A stretch of 64,000 bases of DNA, from contig JBPGPT010000028.1 in the NCBI GenBank assembly GCA_051047955.1, positions 1 to 64,000 of the forward strand, read 5' to 3'. Origin of the DNA: Cystobasidiomycetes sp. EMM_F5. Its lineage: Eukaryota. This document shows, piece after piece, positions 24,385 to 36,790 of the stretch. The notes under the pieces are model-generated. The model saw only the letters and a list, made by a program, of their open reading frames with translations. It made no database searches and was not told where the DNA came from. Positions within the stretch are counted from its first letter, which is position 1; each line of letters opens with the position of its first letter. A program made the position numbers and the translations under genes.

Positions 24385-27300
24385 ATGGCATACTACGACG
24401 ATAACGGGCTGGGTGGACAGTACGATACTGGCCTCGATGGCTACGGATCTTCCGGGACTGGACTTGGTGGCTACGGGTCATCTGGTCTCGATGACGACCT
24501 CGGCCTCAGTTCTGGTTTAGGGAGCTTGAACCTCGATAGTGGTGTAGACTATGGCGGATCAGGAGGGCTCGATAGCCTCGACAGCGGCATTGGTCGCGAT
24601 TCCGGAGGTATGTCTGACAGGAATCTCAAAAGGTTCTAGCATGAATGGCTGATGATCCGCTGGCTTTACAGGACTGGGAGGATACGGGCAAAGCTCACTT
24701 CTCGACGGCAACTACTCTCGCGACCTGCTCGACAGTGGACTAGACAATACGCTTAGCTTCACAGATGACTTGGGCTACGGCAATGGCCTGGGCGCTTCTT
24801 CGCTGGGTGGATTGGGAGATTCTTTCGATAGCTACGGTGGAGGTTTGGGCTCGTCTGGACTTGGAGGACTTGGCACTTCGTTAGATGACTATGGAGCTTC
24901 GCTTGGTGGATTGGGCGGCGTGGGCCTTGGTACTGGATCTCTGGGCGGATTCGACGATCCAAATTACAATATGAACAGCATAGACTCCCTTGGACTCTCC
25001 TCGCGTGGCCTCGATGGCTATGGTGACGGCCTCGGAGGCTTGGGAAGCGGTCTATCTGGAAGTCTTGACGGAATCACATCTGGATTAGGAGGTCTCGGCG
25101 ATTCCTACGGCCTGGACAATCTATCAGGTTACGGGAATGATCTCGGCGCGCTTGGTGGTTGGCAAAGCAGCTGGGATACCGGCCTCGGAGGTCTTGGAGG
25201 CGATCTCCTGCAAGACGCAGCTATCGGATTGGGAGGTGCAGCTCTGGGTGCAGCAGGCGCATCCGCATATCTCGGAAGTCGGGGTATCGGCAGCAATCTC
25301 GGTTACGGGACATCAGGCCTTGGTGGGTACGGATCGTCGTACGATGGCTATTACGGTAATTCGATGCTTGACTCCAATCTTGGAGCACTTGGTCAATCTG
25401 CTTTTGCTGGAGCGTATGATGGCTTTTACGGAACCAACAACGCCGCTGTATGTCATGTCACAACCATTGCATGAATATATCTACTAATTTCTCGAATAAG
25501 CTACAATATGGCGACCTGGCGAGTTTCGAGTCGAGCTTGTATGCCAACCAAGCGTACAATGACATCGAAAGAGATAGCATTTTCCGCGATCGTCTGGCTT
25601 TTGACGCACTTGATGATGCTGCCCGGATGTCCGCTTACGGTTCCTATTCGCCATCAATGAGATCCCGCTTAGGTCTCGATAACGGCTATTGGGGCAGCGT
25701 ATACGGCGGTGGTTATTCTTCCTTCTATGATCCTGCATACTCCGGCTGGAATTCATCCTCTTTCGGCAATCTAGGAATGGGCAGTTACGGCGGCATAGGG
25801 TATAGTAACGGCTATGGCTCACCATCATTCTACGACAACTACCTCGGCAATCTGAGCTATTCTCTCCCTTCGTCGCTCAGGAGCTACTATGGCGATTACT
25901 TGGGCTCGAACAGGACAGGTAGTCTGCCATACTGGTCGGACGATTCTCGTTTCCGAGAGCTGGCGGATCTAAGCTACTATCAGCAGAGACTGCAGACTGA
26001 TAGAGCTCTCGATAGCGCGGAGCGTAATGCAAGATGGCAACAACGTCTCGGGTGGGAACAGCTGGATGCTGAGCAGCGACGCTTGCGATGGACACAGATG
26101 GACGAGCTTCAGCGAGAGGTGAGAGCATGGATGTCTGCTCTGTCTGGACTTGAATGCACATTGACAAGATGTCGTGCAGAGACTTGGCCTTGGCTTGATT
26201 GGAAGTTGGCACGGGTCTAGATATGCCGGTAGCGGCCAGGCTTTGAGCTTGCCTTACGAGCTGCCTTCGTCGTTGTCGACGCTCTATTCACCATACATCC
26301 GTGGTAGTGCATCGACAGGACTGTTCGACCCAAACTATGCGAGATATACTGATCTTGCATCGTGGAGTAATGCATTGCGGTATGACCGGAGCTTGCAGGA
26401 TAGTGAGCGACTACGTAGATGGCAACAGCGTCTGCAATGGGTGAGTGGCCACCACGACTGGATCAGAAACGCCTGCGACATCAGATTTACTGCCTGCCCA
26501 CACAGGAACAACTGAACAATGCAGATAGACAATCGCGATGGGCCCAGATGGGCGTTCGCGACCGAGATCTGCTCGGTCTAAACTCGGGTTACTGGGGATC
26601 TCAATTCTCGTCCCTATTTGATCCTTCCATGCTTCGACCTATGCAGCTTCCAATTTCCAGTAGATTGGCCGCTGTCTTTCAGCCGTATCAGAGCAAGCGG
26701 ACTCTACTGTCTTCACTGCGGTCTGGAGAGGATACTGCATTGGCATTTGCAGACTTGGTGGCCTTTGAGAATGCTCTCATTGCTGATCGGTAGGTCTCCT
26801 ACATCTGGAGTTGAACATTCCACCCGTAGCCTGATATCCGCTACGCAGCCGCCTTCGCACGGAAGACAAATTGAGGCGATGGAAAGCCAGAGTCAAATTT
26901 ATGGAGCTCAACGAGATGGAGCGACGTCGACGATTCTTCAACATGCAGGAAGCTGAGCGGAGGATGCTGGGTAGGTGATGCGGCGTGCGTCTTGGCTACA
27001 TCTTGTGTTGAATACGATGGATCTGCCATCAATAGGTCTTGGTGTATCATCGTTCTTCGGAAGGCGCTACTCGGCACCATTGCTGTTCAATGGTCTACAA
27101 GGTCTTCCACCTCCCATTAAAGCGTACCCAGCGCTTCGTCATCAGTTACCGCCGACTTTGCAGAGTCGCTACGGCAGCTATATTGCTGGTCCGCGCCTCT
27201 CGACAGGTCCCGCATCGCGGTCTCTAGTAGGGCAAGACCCGGCACGCGATCTTGCAAATAGGATCAGGCTCAGCATTGCACAAAAGCAAGAACAGTTATC

Positions 27301-27491
27301 GGGTCTGCCGCAGAATCGTGAGGATATTGTGTACAGTGCCAGCGTCTTTCAGCTGATGTGGTATACTAGAACGAATGGCAGCAACAGACGAGAAGCGGAG
27401 AATCCTCGCACAGATGGATGCTGACCGAAACAACAACCTGAGTAGGCAGATGGGCGAAGATGAGAGGCTGCGCCGACTCGGCGGATACTAG
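24385..27491 (+). CDS. Uncharacterised ~895-aa protein: Gly/Leu/Ser/Asp/Tyr low-complexity N-half plus four Trp/Arg-rich repeats
   Basis: Eight predicted exons (24385-24607, 24672-25447, 25501-26118, 26180-26440, 26506-26789, 26849-26970, 27036-27317, 27370-27491) total 2688 nt and form one open frame. Internal repeats continue across the splice junctions. Confidence 0.85.
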
Positions 27492-27757
27492 GCCGTGTCA
27501 GGGTAGAGTACAGTGGAAAGGCCAGAAGTGCGGTACAAGATTGACGAACGAAATGATGTCAGAGTGAGATTGTGAGAAGGAAAAAGGTGTCAGAGTAAAA
27601 GATCCAAAAGAGCTGCGACATGTCAAAGTCTTTTAAGGTACCCCCGCCGGAGAAATACCCAGGCCTGCAGTTTGAGCCTTGCGAGCTGACCGCCATGCTG
27701 CTCGTAACCTGACACACATGCGGGAAGCTGGCTTGCGAGCTAGGACAGCGTAGCGAT

Positions 27758-30700
27758 ATGGGGGACGCTGATGCTGGAGACGCTTCGACGGCATCCGTGT
27801 CGCGCTTGAGCAGCAGCGCCAGTCACAGCCAGCTCGAAAACGGCAAAGAAGTCTCGCAGGACAGGCCATATCCACAGCACTCATCAGCAGACAGCACCTC
27901 TGCAGCGCCGCGAAAGGAATCGTCCAAGTCGGATGCTGCAATCAATGCCAGTACAGACTTGGGTCGCGGCGACGTCGTAGACTACCTCAACAGCGGCAGC
28001 GCTGGGCAGGCGGGAAGCTTGTCGTGCTCCTCGCCGAGTAGCCCAGAGAACGATGCAGTGCCAGAGTCTGGCGTCACCGTCAGGCAGGTTGTGGCCTTCG
28101 ACACGGCCAATATACAAGTTCCCTTGTTGCAACACGCACGGAGACAGGCGCTCGAGAGGAGTTATTCGGTGGGTGGTCTTGTCATTAGTTACTGAGAGCG
28201 CAGTACTGCAATACTGAGTCCGGAAAGATGGTCTGCAGGCTGTTCTCCACGATGCGGCGTCAAGACCCGGTCGTGTAAAGTCGCCCGTTGAGGGCTCTAC
28301 TCCCGTGGCTACGTCCCCCTCTCTGTCCTCTCACACTCGACACTACCTCGGCCCCGAGTCGATCCAAGAGATTCCAGATCAGAACGGCAACCAGACATAC
28401 CTGTTCCCCACCTTGACCGACTGCGAGCGACAGCGTCTCAACAGACTGTGGTACATTACAAAAGGCATCGAAGACGATACCGTACTCAGGGAGCAGCTCA
28501 CCCAGCTCGCTTCCATCGCGCGCGAGACGACAGGTTACGGCATAGCAATCGTAGGCCTCCTCGACAATGACGCCTTTGTACGTATTGCAGCGAAAGGAGT
28601 ACCTCTGGCCGTCATCTCTCGAAGAGAAGCAACATGCTCACATACGGTACTGGAGCCACCGGGCGTGAGTCTGCGTTGAGGCACGGTGCAGAAGAAGTCT
28701 GACACGTTTCGTCACGCTCTCATTTGCGTCACCAGACGGTCTTTAGCTTGCCAGACATGTTTGCAGATGATCGATTCAAACATAGTGCGCCGGTTAAAAT
28801 GGGCGGCCTGCGAAGCTACGCAGGAACATCTATGCTTTACGAACTTCCGGATACCGGGTTAGTGGACAAGGCAGCTCTTCATTACGTGGACTCTGTGTTG
28901 ATAACATATATCAACGGTCTTACAGCCAAAAATTCCCGATGGGGTCGCTCTGCGTCGCAGATTACGCCGAGCAGACTGCTCTGACAGAATCTCAACAAGC
29001 CGTTCTTGTCAAGCTGGCAGCAGCAGCCATGAATACCATGTGAGATTGACGTATCTGTAGGCCAACAGAAGTGCTAGATGTCTCACAATCGCTCATTGGA
29101 CACAGACTGAACCGGTCTTACACTCAACGTCAAAGCAAGCAGGGAAAAATGCAACAGTATCTAGCTCAGCTGAGCGAGTACCAGCTCGACAGCTCGTCCA
29201 TATTGAAGAAAGTCAGCAAAGTCTTGGAGTCTGTTTTCCCTGGAGACAAGATTTCTTTTATTGAAAGCTCGAACGGCGTTCTGGGACTGGATGGAGGGAT
29301 TCCTGTCGCTTATACTTCCTTGCGCAGTAACCTTTGGGAGAATACCGAATTTTTCGAGCGATTCATTACGGAGAAGAATCATATCTCTTCGCGAGGCAAA
29401 CAGAACCAGTCTGTTCGCGCCATTGCAGTCGATTTGCCTAGAAGCGACATACACTATTTTGTGGTAGAGACTGCCGATTTACGCCAAGTCTACGACGAAA
29501 CGGACGTCATGTTTGTCCGGTCGTGTGCCATGATCGCTTGCAATGGACTCCAAGCGGGCCTGCTGCGAAAGGCACTAGATGCAAAGGTTTCATTTCTGCG
29601 AAGCGTACAGCACTCGTTCCGGACTAGTCTCAATGGCATATTATCTGCATCCGAGATGCTACTTGATGAAGACAAGATGTCCGACGGGAAGATGTCAGAA
29701 AGGAGCTCGAGGCAATGTTCCGCTCCTAGCTTTTCGTTTTCAAAGGAGTATCAGCCAGACGACGCAGCTCGTCAAGGCTCGGCTCTGACGAGGCTTTCTA
29801 CAGCCTCAACGGTGGACGTAGCTCCACTTGGTCGCGAAGACAAGCAGATCTTACCTTCCTCATCCTTTCATCGATCGAGCCCTCCCATCATGCGTGGCGA
29901 GATCGTCTCTCCACCGTCCGGCAGATCTGCTAAAGACGACAGAAGTTCGCTCATCAATATTATCGATACCTCAGGCCGCGCTCTTCTCACTGTCATCAAC
30001 AACCTCATTCATTTTGATGCCTCGTCGCAAGTTGTCTCTGCCGAGACGGATATGTGTAACTTGTACGATGTCGAGGAGGAGGTACTGAACAGTGTATTGT
30101 CGACATGCTCGTTCCAAAAACAGACCCAAGTCCTCCTGCAGGTCGTGGCGCACGACCTACCGGAGCATATAGACGTGGTCATGACGGATGAAAAACTTTT
30201 ACGACAGGCATTGACAGCACTTGTGCAAAATGCAATGGACAACACAGAAACGGGATCGGTCCAGCTCAGCTCATACATCAATGATGACACTGGCTCGCTG
30301 GTATTTGATATCAAGGATACTGGATGCGGTATCCCGCCCAAGGACATCGATCGCATCTTCCAGCCCTTCGAAAAGGTACATGCATACAGTCCCAATGCTG
30401 GACTGGGCCTCACTTTTGCAGCACGCTATGCGGCGATACTCAGCGGCTCTGTCTCCATTGTAACCACGGCCGTCGGGCAAGGCACAGTCATGCGACTGAA
30501 TCTGCCGCACCCCGTCTTCGCTTGTACTCAACAAAGAAGGGAAAATTCTCGCCGTTTTCTGAGGTGGAAGTATTACATCGCAGAATCTAGTGAGTTGGAG
30601 GAGGGTCGACAGCTAAGCGAGAAATCCATGGTCGGTATTGCAAAGTATCTGGAGCTTGCTGGACTCAAGCGAACAGACAATCTCGAGGAAGCCAGAATCA

Positions 30701-31431
30701 TCCTCGTAGACACCGAAGAATCGAGAAGTCACTGTGCCCAGCGCCTCGAACGTACCCCAAGGCATGTCTTCGTCACCATCCTTCCCCTTGCTGAGAACTA
30801 CAGACGATACCTCGAATACAATCCAGACGATCGGTTGTTCTACCTAGGCTTACCGCTATGTCGATCTCGTGTCGCGGCCTGCTTGGAACAGGCTAGAGCC
30901 GTCTTTCAACAATACGGCACACAGGATGCAGTGACCTTACATAGTATGACAGCGGCCGCCGAATGGACCAATGCAGTAGCGGCTGCTGCCGATACGACAT
31001 CTTCCAGGATGTCGGACACTTCGGATGCTCCACCTCTGCAAACGTTGCAATGTCTTCTGGTCGATGACAACGATACCAATTTGAGTATACTTCAAAAGTA
31101 TTGCGTCAAGCGTAGCTTCGGCCACGAAATAGCACGAGACGGCAATGAAGCTTTCGAACAGTATCGGAGGTCACATCAACAGGGACAGTCGATAACGTGC
31201 TGTTTGATGGATCTGCAGATGCCGCACTGTGATGGAATCCAATCCACTTTATATATACGCAACTATGAGAAGGAGCACGGCCTGCGACCTTCCAAGATAT
31301 TCATGGTATCAGGTCAGAGTGGAGACGAAGAGCGGAGTCTGGCACTGGCTGCCGGCTGCGACGGGTACTATGTGAAGCCATTACGCATCAAGGCTCTCGA
31401 CGAGCTGCTCGCAGTACATTTTCACATATAG
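27758..31431 (+). CDS. Hybrid histidine kinase, copy 1 (GAF-HisKA-HATPase-receiver)
   Basis: GAF (SRREATCSHT...DDRF...LRSYAG), H-box SVQHSFRTSLNGI, N-box LVQNA, G1 DTGCGI, F-box IFQPF and G2 AGLGL. Receiver LLVDDN...MDLQMP...KP. Four introns. Confidence 0.93.
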
Positions 31432-31840
31432 ATGAGGGGACGACGGCGGGCAAGACCGTTCAGGGAGACGCTCCAGGAAGCTGTGTGGGAGCCGCAGGCA
31501 TACATCAACATCGATTGCGCAAGCATATAAGTCAGTCAGGCATTGGTTCCAGTTGAGCTGCACGGGGACGGAATGATTAGTGTTGATGTAGAATAATGTA
31601 TACAACCTTGAGCCCTTCAGTACATGCTACCGTGATATCAAACAATGAACTTGGATGAGCTGGGAAATAACCCAATCACTGGTCATTCGACTCTGCTTTT
31701 TCAAGTCAACCATCATCGGTCAATCCATCAAACATCTTGCTCAGACACCCACTCTGAACGCACCGATTTCACTGAGTAATACTCTGGCAGACATCCATGT
31801 GGACATACTGCTTGGAGCTGGCTAGGACGGGATAGAGAAT

Positions 31841-34800
31841 ATGGAGGCTCCTGATGCTAATGCTGGCAACGGGAAGAGCAGCACCTTTCAAAGCAAGCAG
31901 CCCGACGACAGCGACAAGGGTTCGCATGATACGCCAATTCCACAGCAGTCGTTAGCAGAAGGTACTCATATTTCCCTGCGTGAGGTATCATCAAAGTCCG
32001 CTGCTCCGATGGCCAAGAATGCATACACCAACTTGGGTCGCGGCGATGTTGCAGACTACTTCAACTTTCATAGCGGCAGCAAGGTGTACGGCGGCCATTC
32101 TCGCGGGTCATCCATTAGCTCTCAGGGGGACGTTCCAATGCCTGGTCCATCTGCCAGAGAAGTATTGGCATTCGACAAGGTCAATGTAGGTGTAGCCCTG
32201 TCGCAGCCTAGTCGTAGGCATGTAATGGAGAGAAGCTACTCGGTTGGTCATTTCCACTGAGCTCGAACATGCACTATCCAAACTCACAATGTTGATGGCC
32301 TCAGGCCAAATTGACTAGCGCTTCTGTTGGACCGGGACGAACAGCTCCTCCCGCCGAAAGCTCAGCAGCCGTCACTACGTCCCCCTCGCTTTCTACGCAC
32401 ACTCAGTCTGTACTCGACTCTGCATCGGGGCGAGGGAACGAAATTAGAAAAGATGATCATACGTCCTACTTGTACCCTACACTGACTGATTGCGAGCGAG
32501 AGCGGCTCAACAAACTCTGGTATGTCACCCAAGGCATCGAAGACGACGAAAGTTTGCGAGATCAGCTAGGTCAACTGGCATCTATTGCTCGCGAGACGAC
32601 AGGGTATGGCATAGCCATCATAGGGCTGCTCGATAACGATGCCTATATCCGCATCGCTGCCGAAGGCGCTCCTCTTGCTGTACTGTCTCGCCGGGAAGCA
32701 ACTTGCGCACACACAATCTTGCAAACACCAGGCGTGAGTCTTGTTTTGATGTCCCGGCTCAAGACTTGACGGTGCTGAATGCTGGATGGTCGTTTGTTTG
32801 CGTTACATGCCATTCAGACTGTCTTCAGCGTACCAAGCATGCGTACCGACGAGCGCTTTAAAAACAGCCCACATGTGAAAGAAGCGGGCTTGCAGAGCTA
32901 CGCAGGTACCTCTCTCATTTACGAAGTTCCAAACAGCGAGTCAGTACAATTCATTCACATCTCACGATTCTCGGTTAACGCAACGCTCGCTTGTATGGGT
33001 TTGTAGTGAAAAGGTGCCGTTCGGATCCTTATGCGTAGCAGACTACTCGGAGCGAGATGCTCTGACCGAGTCTGAGCAAATGGTTTTGGTTCGGCTGGCC
33101 AGGGCCGTCATGAATACTATGTAAGTGGCTTTGGCTGTCAGTTCTTTGACATAGTATCTAATTTCAATCTAAACTAGCATGTACCGCGCCAATGCACAGC
33201 GGCAGCAAGTGCAGAGGAAGATGCAAGAGCATCTAACGCAGCTTAGCAATTATCAGAGCGACAACTCAGCGATACTGAAAGAAGTCAACAAAGCTCTAAA
33301 ATCAGTTTTCCCTGGAAACAAAGTCTCTTTTGTCGAAAGCCAAGATGGTCACATCGAGTTGAACAAGGTCGGCCCAGTCGCTATCAAGTCCTTCCGTAAC
33401 AATGTCTGGGAGAATACCGATTATTTTGAACGTTTCATTGCGGAGAAGAATCATACTTCTTCGAGAGGCTTGCAGAGCGAGACGATTCGCGCCATTGCCG
33501 TTGGATTACCAAGAAGCCACGCACACCATTTTCTGATCGAAACGGCAGATTTGCGGCAAGTTTACGATGAGACGGACACGATGTTCGTACGATCGTGTGC
33601 AATGATTGCCTGCAATGGACTCCAAGCTGGCTTACTGCGAAAGGCACTCGATGCTAAAGTTGCATTCCTGCGCAGTGTACAACATTCCTTCCGCACCAGT
33701 CTAAATGGCATACTGTCGGCTTCGGAGATGCTGCTCGACGAAGAGAAGGAGTTTGATGCAAAACTTTCCGAGAGGAGCTTTACGCCACGCTCATTGCCCA
33801 ACTCAACATTCTCAAAGCAGTATCAGCCAGAGGACGCGCGTAGCGTAATAATGCCGTTGACCAGGCGGTCCACGGCGTCAACCGCAGACATGGTCGCTGG
33901 TGGAAGCAATGAAAGGTACATCCTACGTTCCGCTTCCTCTCAGCAGTCGAGTCTTGCAGCCACCCCCGGCGAACGTGCGTCTCGAGCGACCAATAGATCA
34001 GCTAGAGACGAGAAGGGTTCCCTTCTCAATATCATTGATACTTCAGGACGCGCTCTGCTCACCATCATCAACAATCTCATCCACTTTGATGCCTCGTCGC
34101 AGCTTATCACGGCAGAGACGAACCTCTGTAATTTGTTCGATGTCGAAGAGGAGGTACTCAACAGTGTCCTATTGGCATGCTCATTCAGAAAACAAACTCA
34201 AGTAGCCTTGCAAGTCATGGCTTATCAGCTACCTGACCATGTAGACGTGGTCATGACGGATGACAAGCTTTTACGGCAGGCTTTGACAGCCCTTGTGCAA
34301 AATGCGATGGACAACACAGAAAAGGGATTGGTACAGCTCAGCTCGTACATCAACAGTGACACTGGATCGCTGGTATTTGATGTCAAAGATACTGGATGCG
34401 GTATCCCGCTCGAGGATATTGATCGCATCTTTCAACCTTTTGAAAAGGTGGATACATTCAGTCAAAATGCTGGATTAGGCCTCACTTTTGCAGCACGCTA
34501 TGCGACAACACTTGGGGGCACGGTCTCAGTAGTGAGCACTGCGATTGGCCAAGGTACAGTCATGCGCTTGGATCTGCCGAACCCCGTCTTCGCATGCACT
34601 CGACAACGAAGGGACATTTCTCGCCGCTTTTTGAGGTGGAAGTACTACGTCGCAGAATCTAGTGAGTCGGGCGAGGAGCGACAGCTGAGTGAGGAATCTA
34701 TGATCGGCATTTCAAGATATCTAGAGCTTGCTGGACTCAAGCGAACAGACAACATCGAGGAAGCCAGAATCATCCTCGTTGATAGTGAAGAATCTAGAAG

Positions 34801-35503
34801 CCGCTGTGCCCAACGCCTCGAACGTACCACAAGGTATGTATTTGTCACCATCCTTCCCCTTGCGGAGAACTATAGACGATACCTCGAATACAACCCGGAC
34901 GATCGGTTGTTCTACCTGGGCTTACCGCTCTGTCGATCTCGCGTTGCGGCCTGCTTGGAACAGGCTAAATGGGTATTGAAACACGATGACACGAAGAATG
35001 CAGCCTTTCGACGAGGTATAACTGCGACTGCCGAATGGACTAATGCAGTAGCGGCTGCTGCAGATGCCACATCTTCCAGGATGTCGGACACTTCGGATGC
35101 ACCACCTCTGCAGACGTTACATTGTCTACTGGTCGATGACAACGATACCAATCTAAGTATACTTCAGAAGTATTGCAAAAAGCGCAAATTCGCTCATGAA
35201 ATAGCCAGAGACGGCAACGAGGCTTTCGAACAGTATCGAAGGCTACATCAACAGGGACAGCCGATAACGTGCTGTTTAATGGACCTGCAGATGCCACACT
35301 GTGATGGAATCCAATCCACTTCATATATACGTAACTATGAGAAGGAGCATGGCCTCCGGCCATCCAAGATATTCATGGTATCAGGTCAGAGCGGGGACGA
35401 AGAGCGAAATCTGGCATTGGCTGCCGGCTGCGACGGGTACTATGTGAAGCCATTACGCATCAAGGCTCTCGACGAGCTGCTCGCTTTGCATTTTCATATA
35501 TAG
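31841..35503 (+). CDS. Hybrid histidine kinase, copy 2 (tandem paralog)
   Basis: Same domain order, motifs and four intron positions as copy 1. Confidence 0.93.
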
Positions 35504-36050
35504 ATAAGGGAAGGCGGGAGGAATGCACACATGGTCAAAGGAAGCCGGTAGGAAAGTCGTCGAGTGAAGCGTCAGAGAAGCTGTCAGGAAGGCGTGGGCA
35601 AGCATATAGGTCAGTCAAGCCATGATACCAGATTATTCGCATGTGGAATGTTGTTGTTTAGGACACGGTACGTAGCCTTAGCCATCCACAAATACAAGAA
35701 TGCCAGGTTGGTCCGCCTCAGAATGGCATGGAGCCTCCTACAACTTTACTGAATTTCTGCTGAAGGATTCAGGGCACAACGACTGATAGCGACCGAGAAG
35801 CGCAGAATTGTCGCACACTAACTCACTGACCAAAGCAGTGACCTCAGCATGCCAATGGAAGACGACAGGCTGCTCCAACGACCTGGGGGATATTAGATGA
35901 GTCTGTGTCAGCATGAAGCATAGCGGATGGAAAAGAGAATCTGAGGCTGGTTGAAACTTATGTAACGCAGGCACTACATGTAAGCGAGATTATGAAAGAC
36001 GAGTTTGAGTAGAGTGCCAGGATATTGGATTGAACTCTTTTATCTGTTGT

Positions 36051-36446
36051 TTATAGACGCATTGCTTGCATTTTGAGGATTGCTAAGCGCGGTGAGCCAA
36101 TATGCAAGCTGATTGACTCTGCACTCTCGTCATTTGCTGGATCCGACACGTCAACAGCGGTAACGATTTGGCAACGACAAGCAATCTGCGTTGGATGAGC
36201 TGCCTTGTTGACGCTCTTGCTACGCTTCGACGTTCGTGTCGTAGATGCAGAGGTTTCTGGAGTGGAGAGCGTATTGCTGAATGGCTCGTTGGGGTTGGTG
36301 ATCATGGAAAGCCCTGCAAAGGACGACAGCACAGGGCTAGAATGCGTCGGGGAGAAGATGGATTGGAGCGTGTTGTGAGCTGTGGATTGGTGGCCAGATG
36401 CGGAGACACGCATTGCGGTTGCTGGTCTAGTTGAACGAGTGTGCAT
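36051..36446 (-). CDS. Possible orphan Ser/Thr-rich protein
   Basis: 131-aa ATG-initiated ORF preceded by a CT-rich stretch, in otherwise unassigned space. No recognisable domain. Confidence 0.25.
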   Translation of the reverse strand: MHTRSTRPATAMRVSASGHQSTAHNTLQSIFSPTHSSPVLSSFAGLSMITNPNEPFSNTLSTPETSASTTRTSKRSKSVNKAAHPTQIACRCQIVTAVDVSDPANDESAESISLHIGSPRLAILKMQAMRL

Positions 36447-36790
36447 GATAAATGAGAGGTGGAGATAAGAAGTTTGGGCCTATGATTAGCGAGGATTAGG
36501 GAAGTGGATGTTGCAATGAGTTGTTATAAGGAGAGCAAGCGCAGCGGCTAGACCTGCGTCCATCTCACTTAGCGGAGACACAGCATGCGACATCGCCGCG
36601 CTGGACCCTTTCACGCAACTTGAATATGGAAAGTTGCGCGACCTATTCAGCGCACATTCAGTACGCGTCTCTGCAAGTAGAGGTGTTTCAAAGTCGTCAG
36701 CAGCGCAGTGCATCCCATCCGAATATGCTCGGTCGCCACTGCTCGCTGACTGTCGCGCTGACTGTTGTCTCGGGATTATGTTAATATTCC

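Noticed and set aside
26693..26751. Possible in-frame GC-AG intron in the repeat protein
   Set aside because: The frame is open without it, and the retained linker matches the length of the other inter-repeat linkers.
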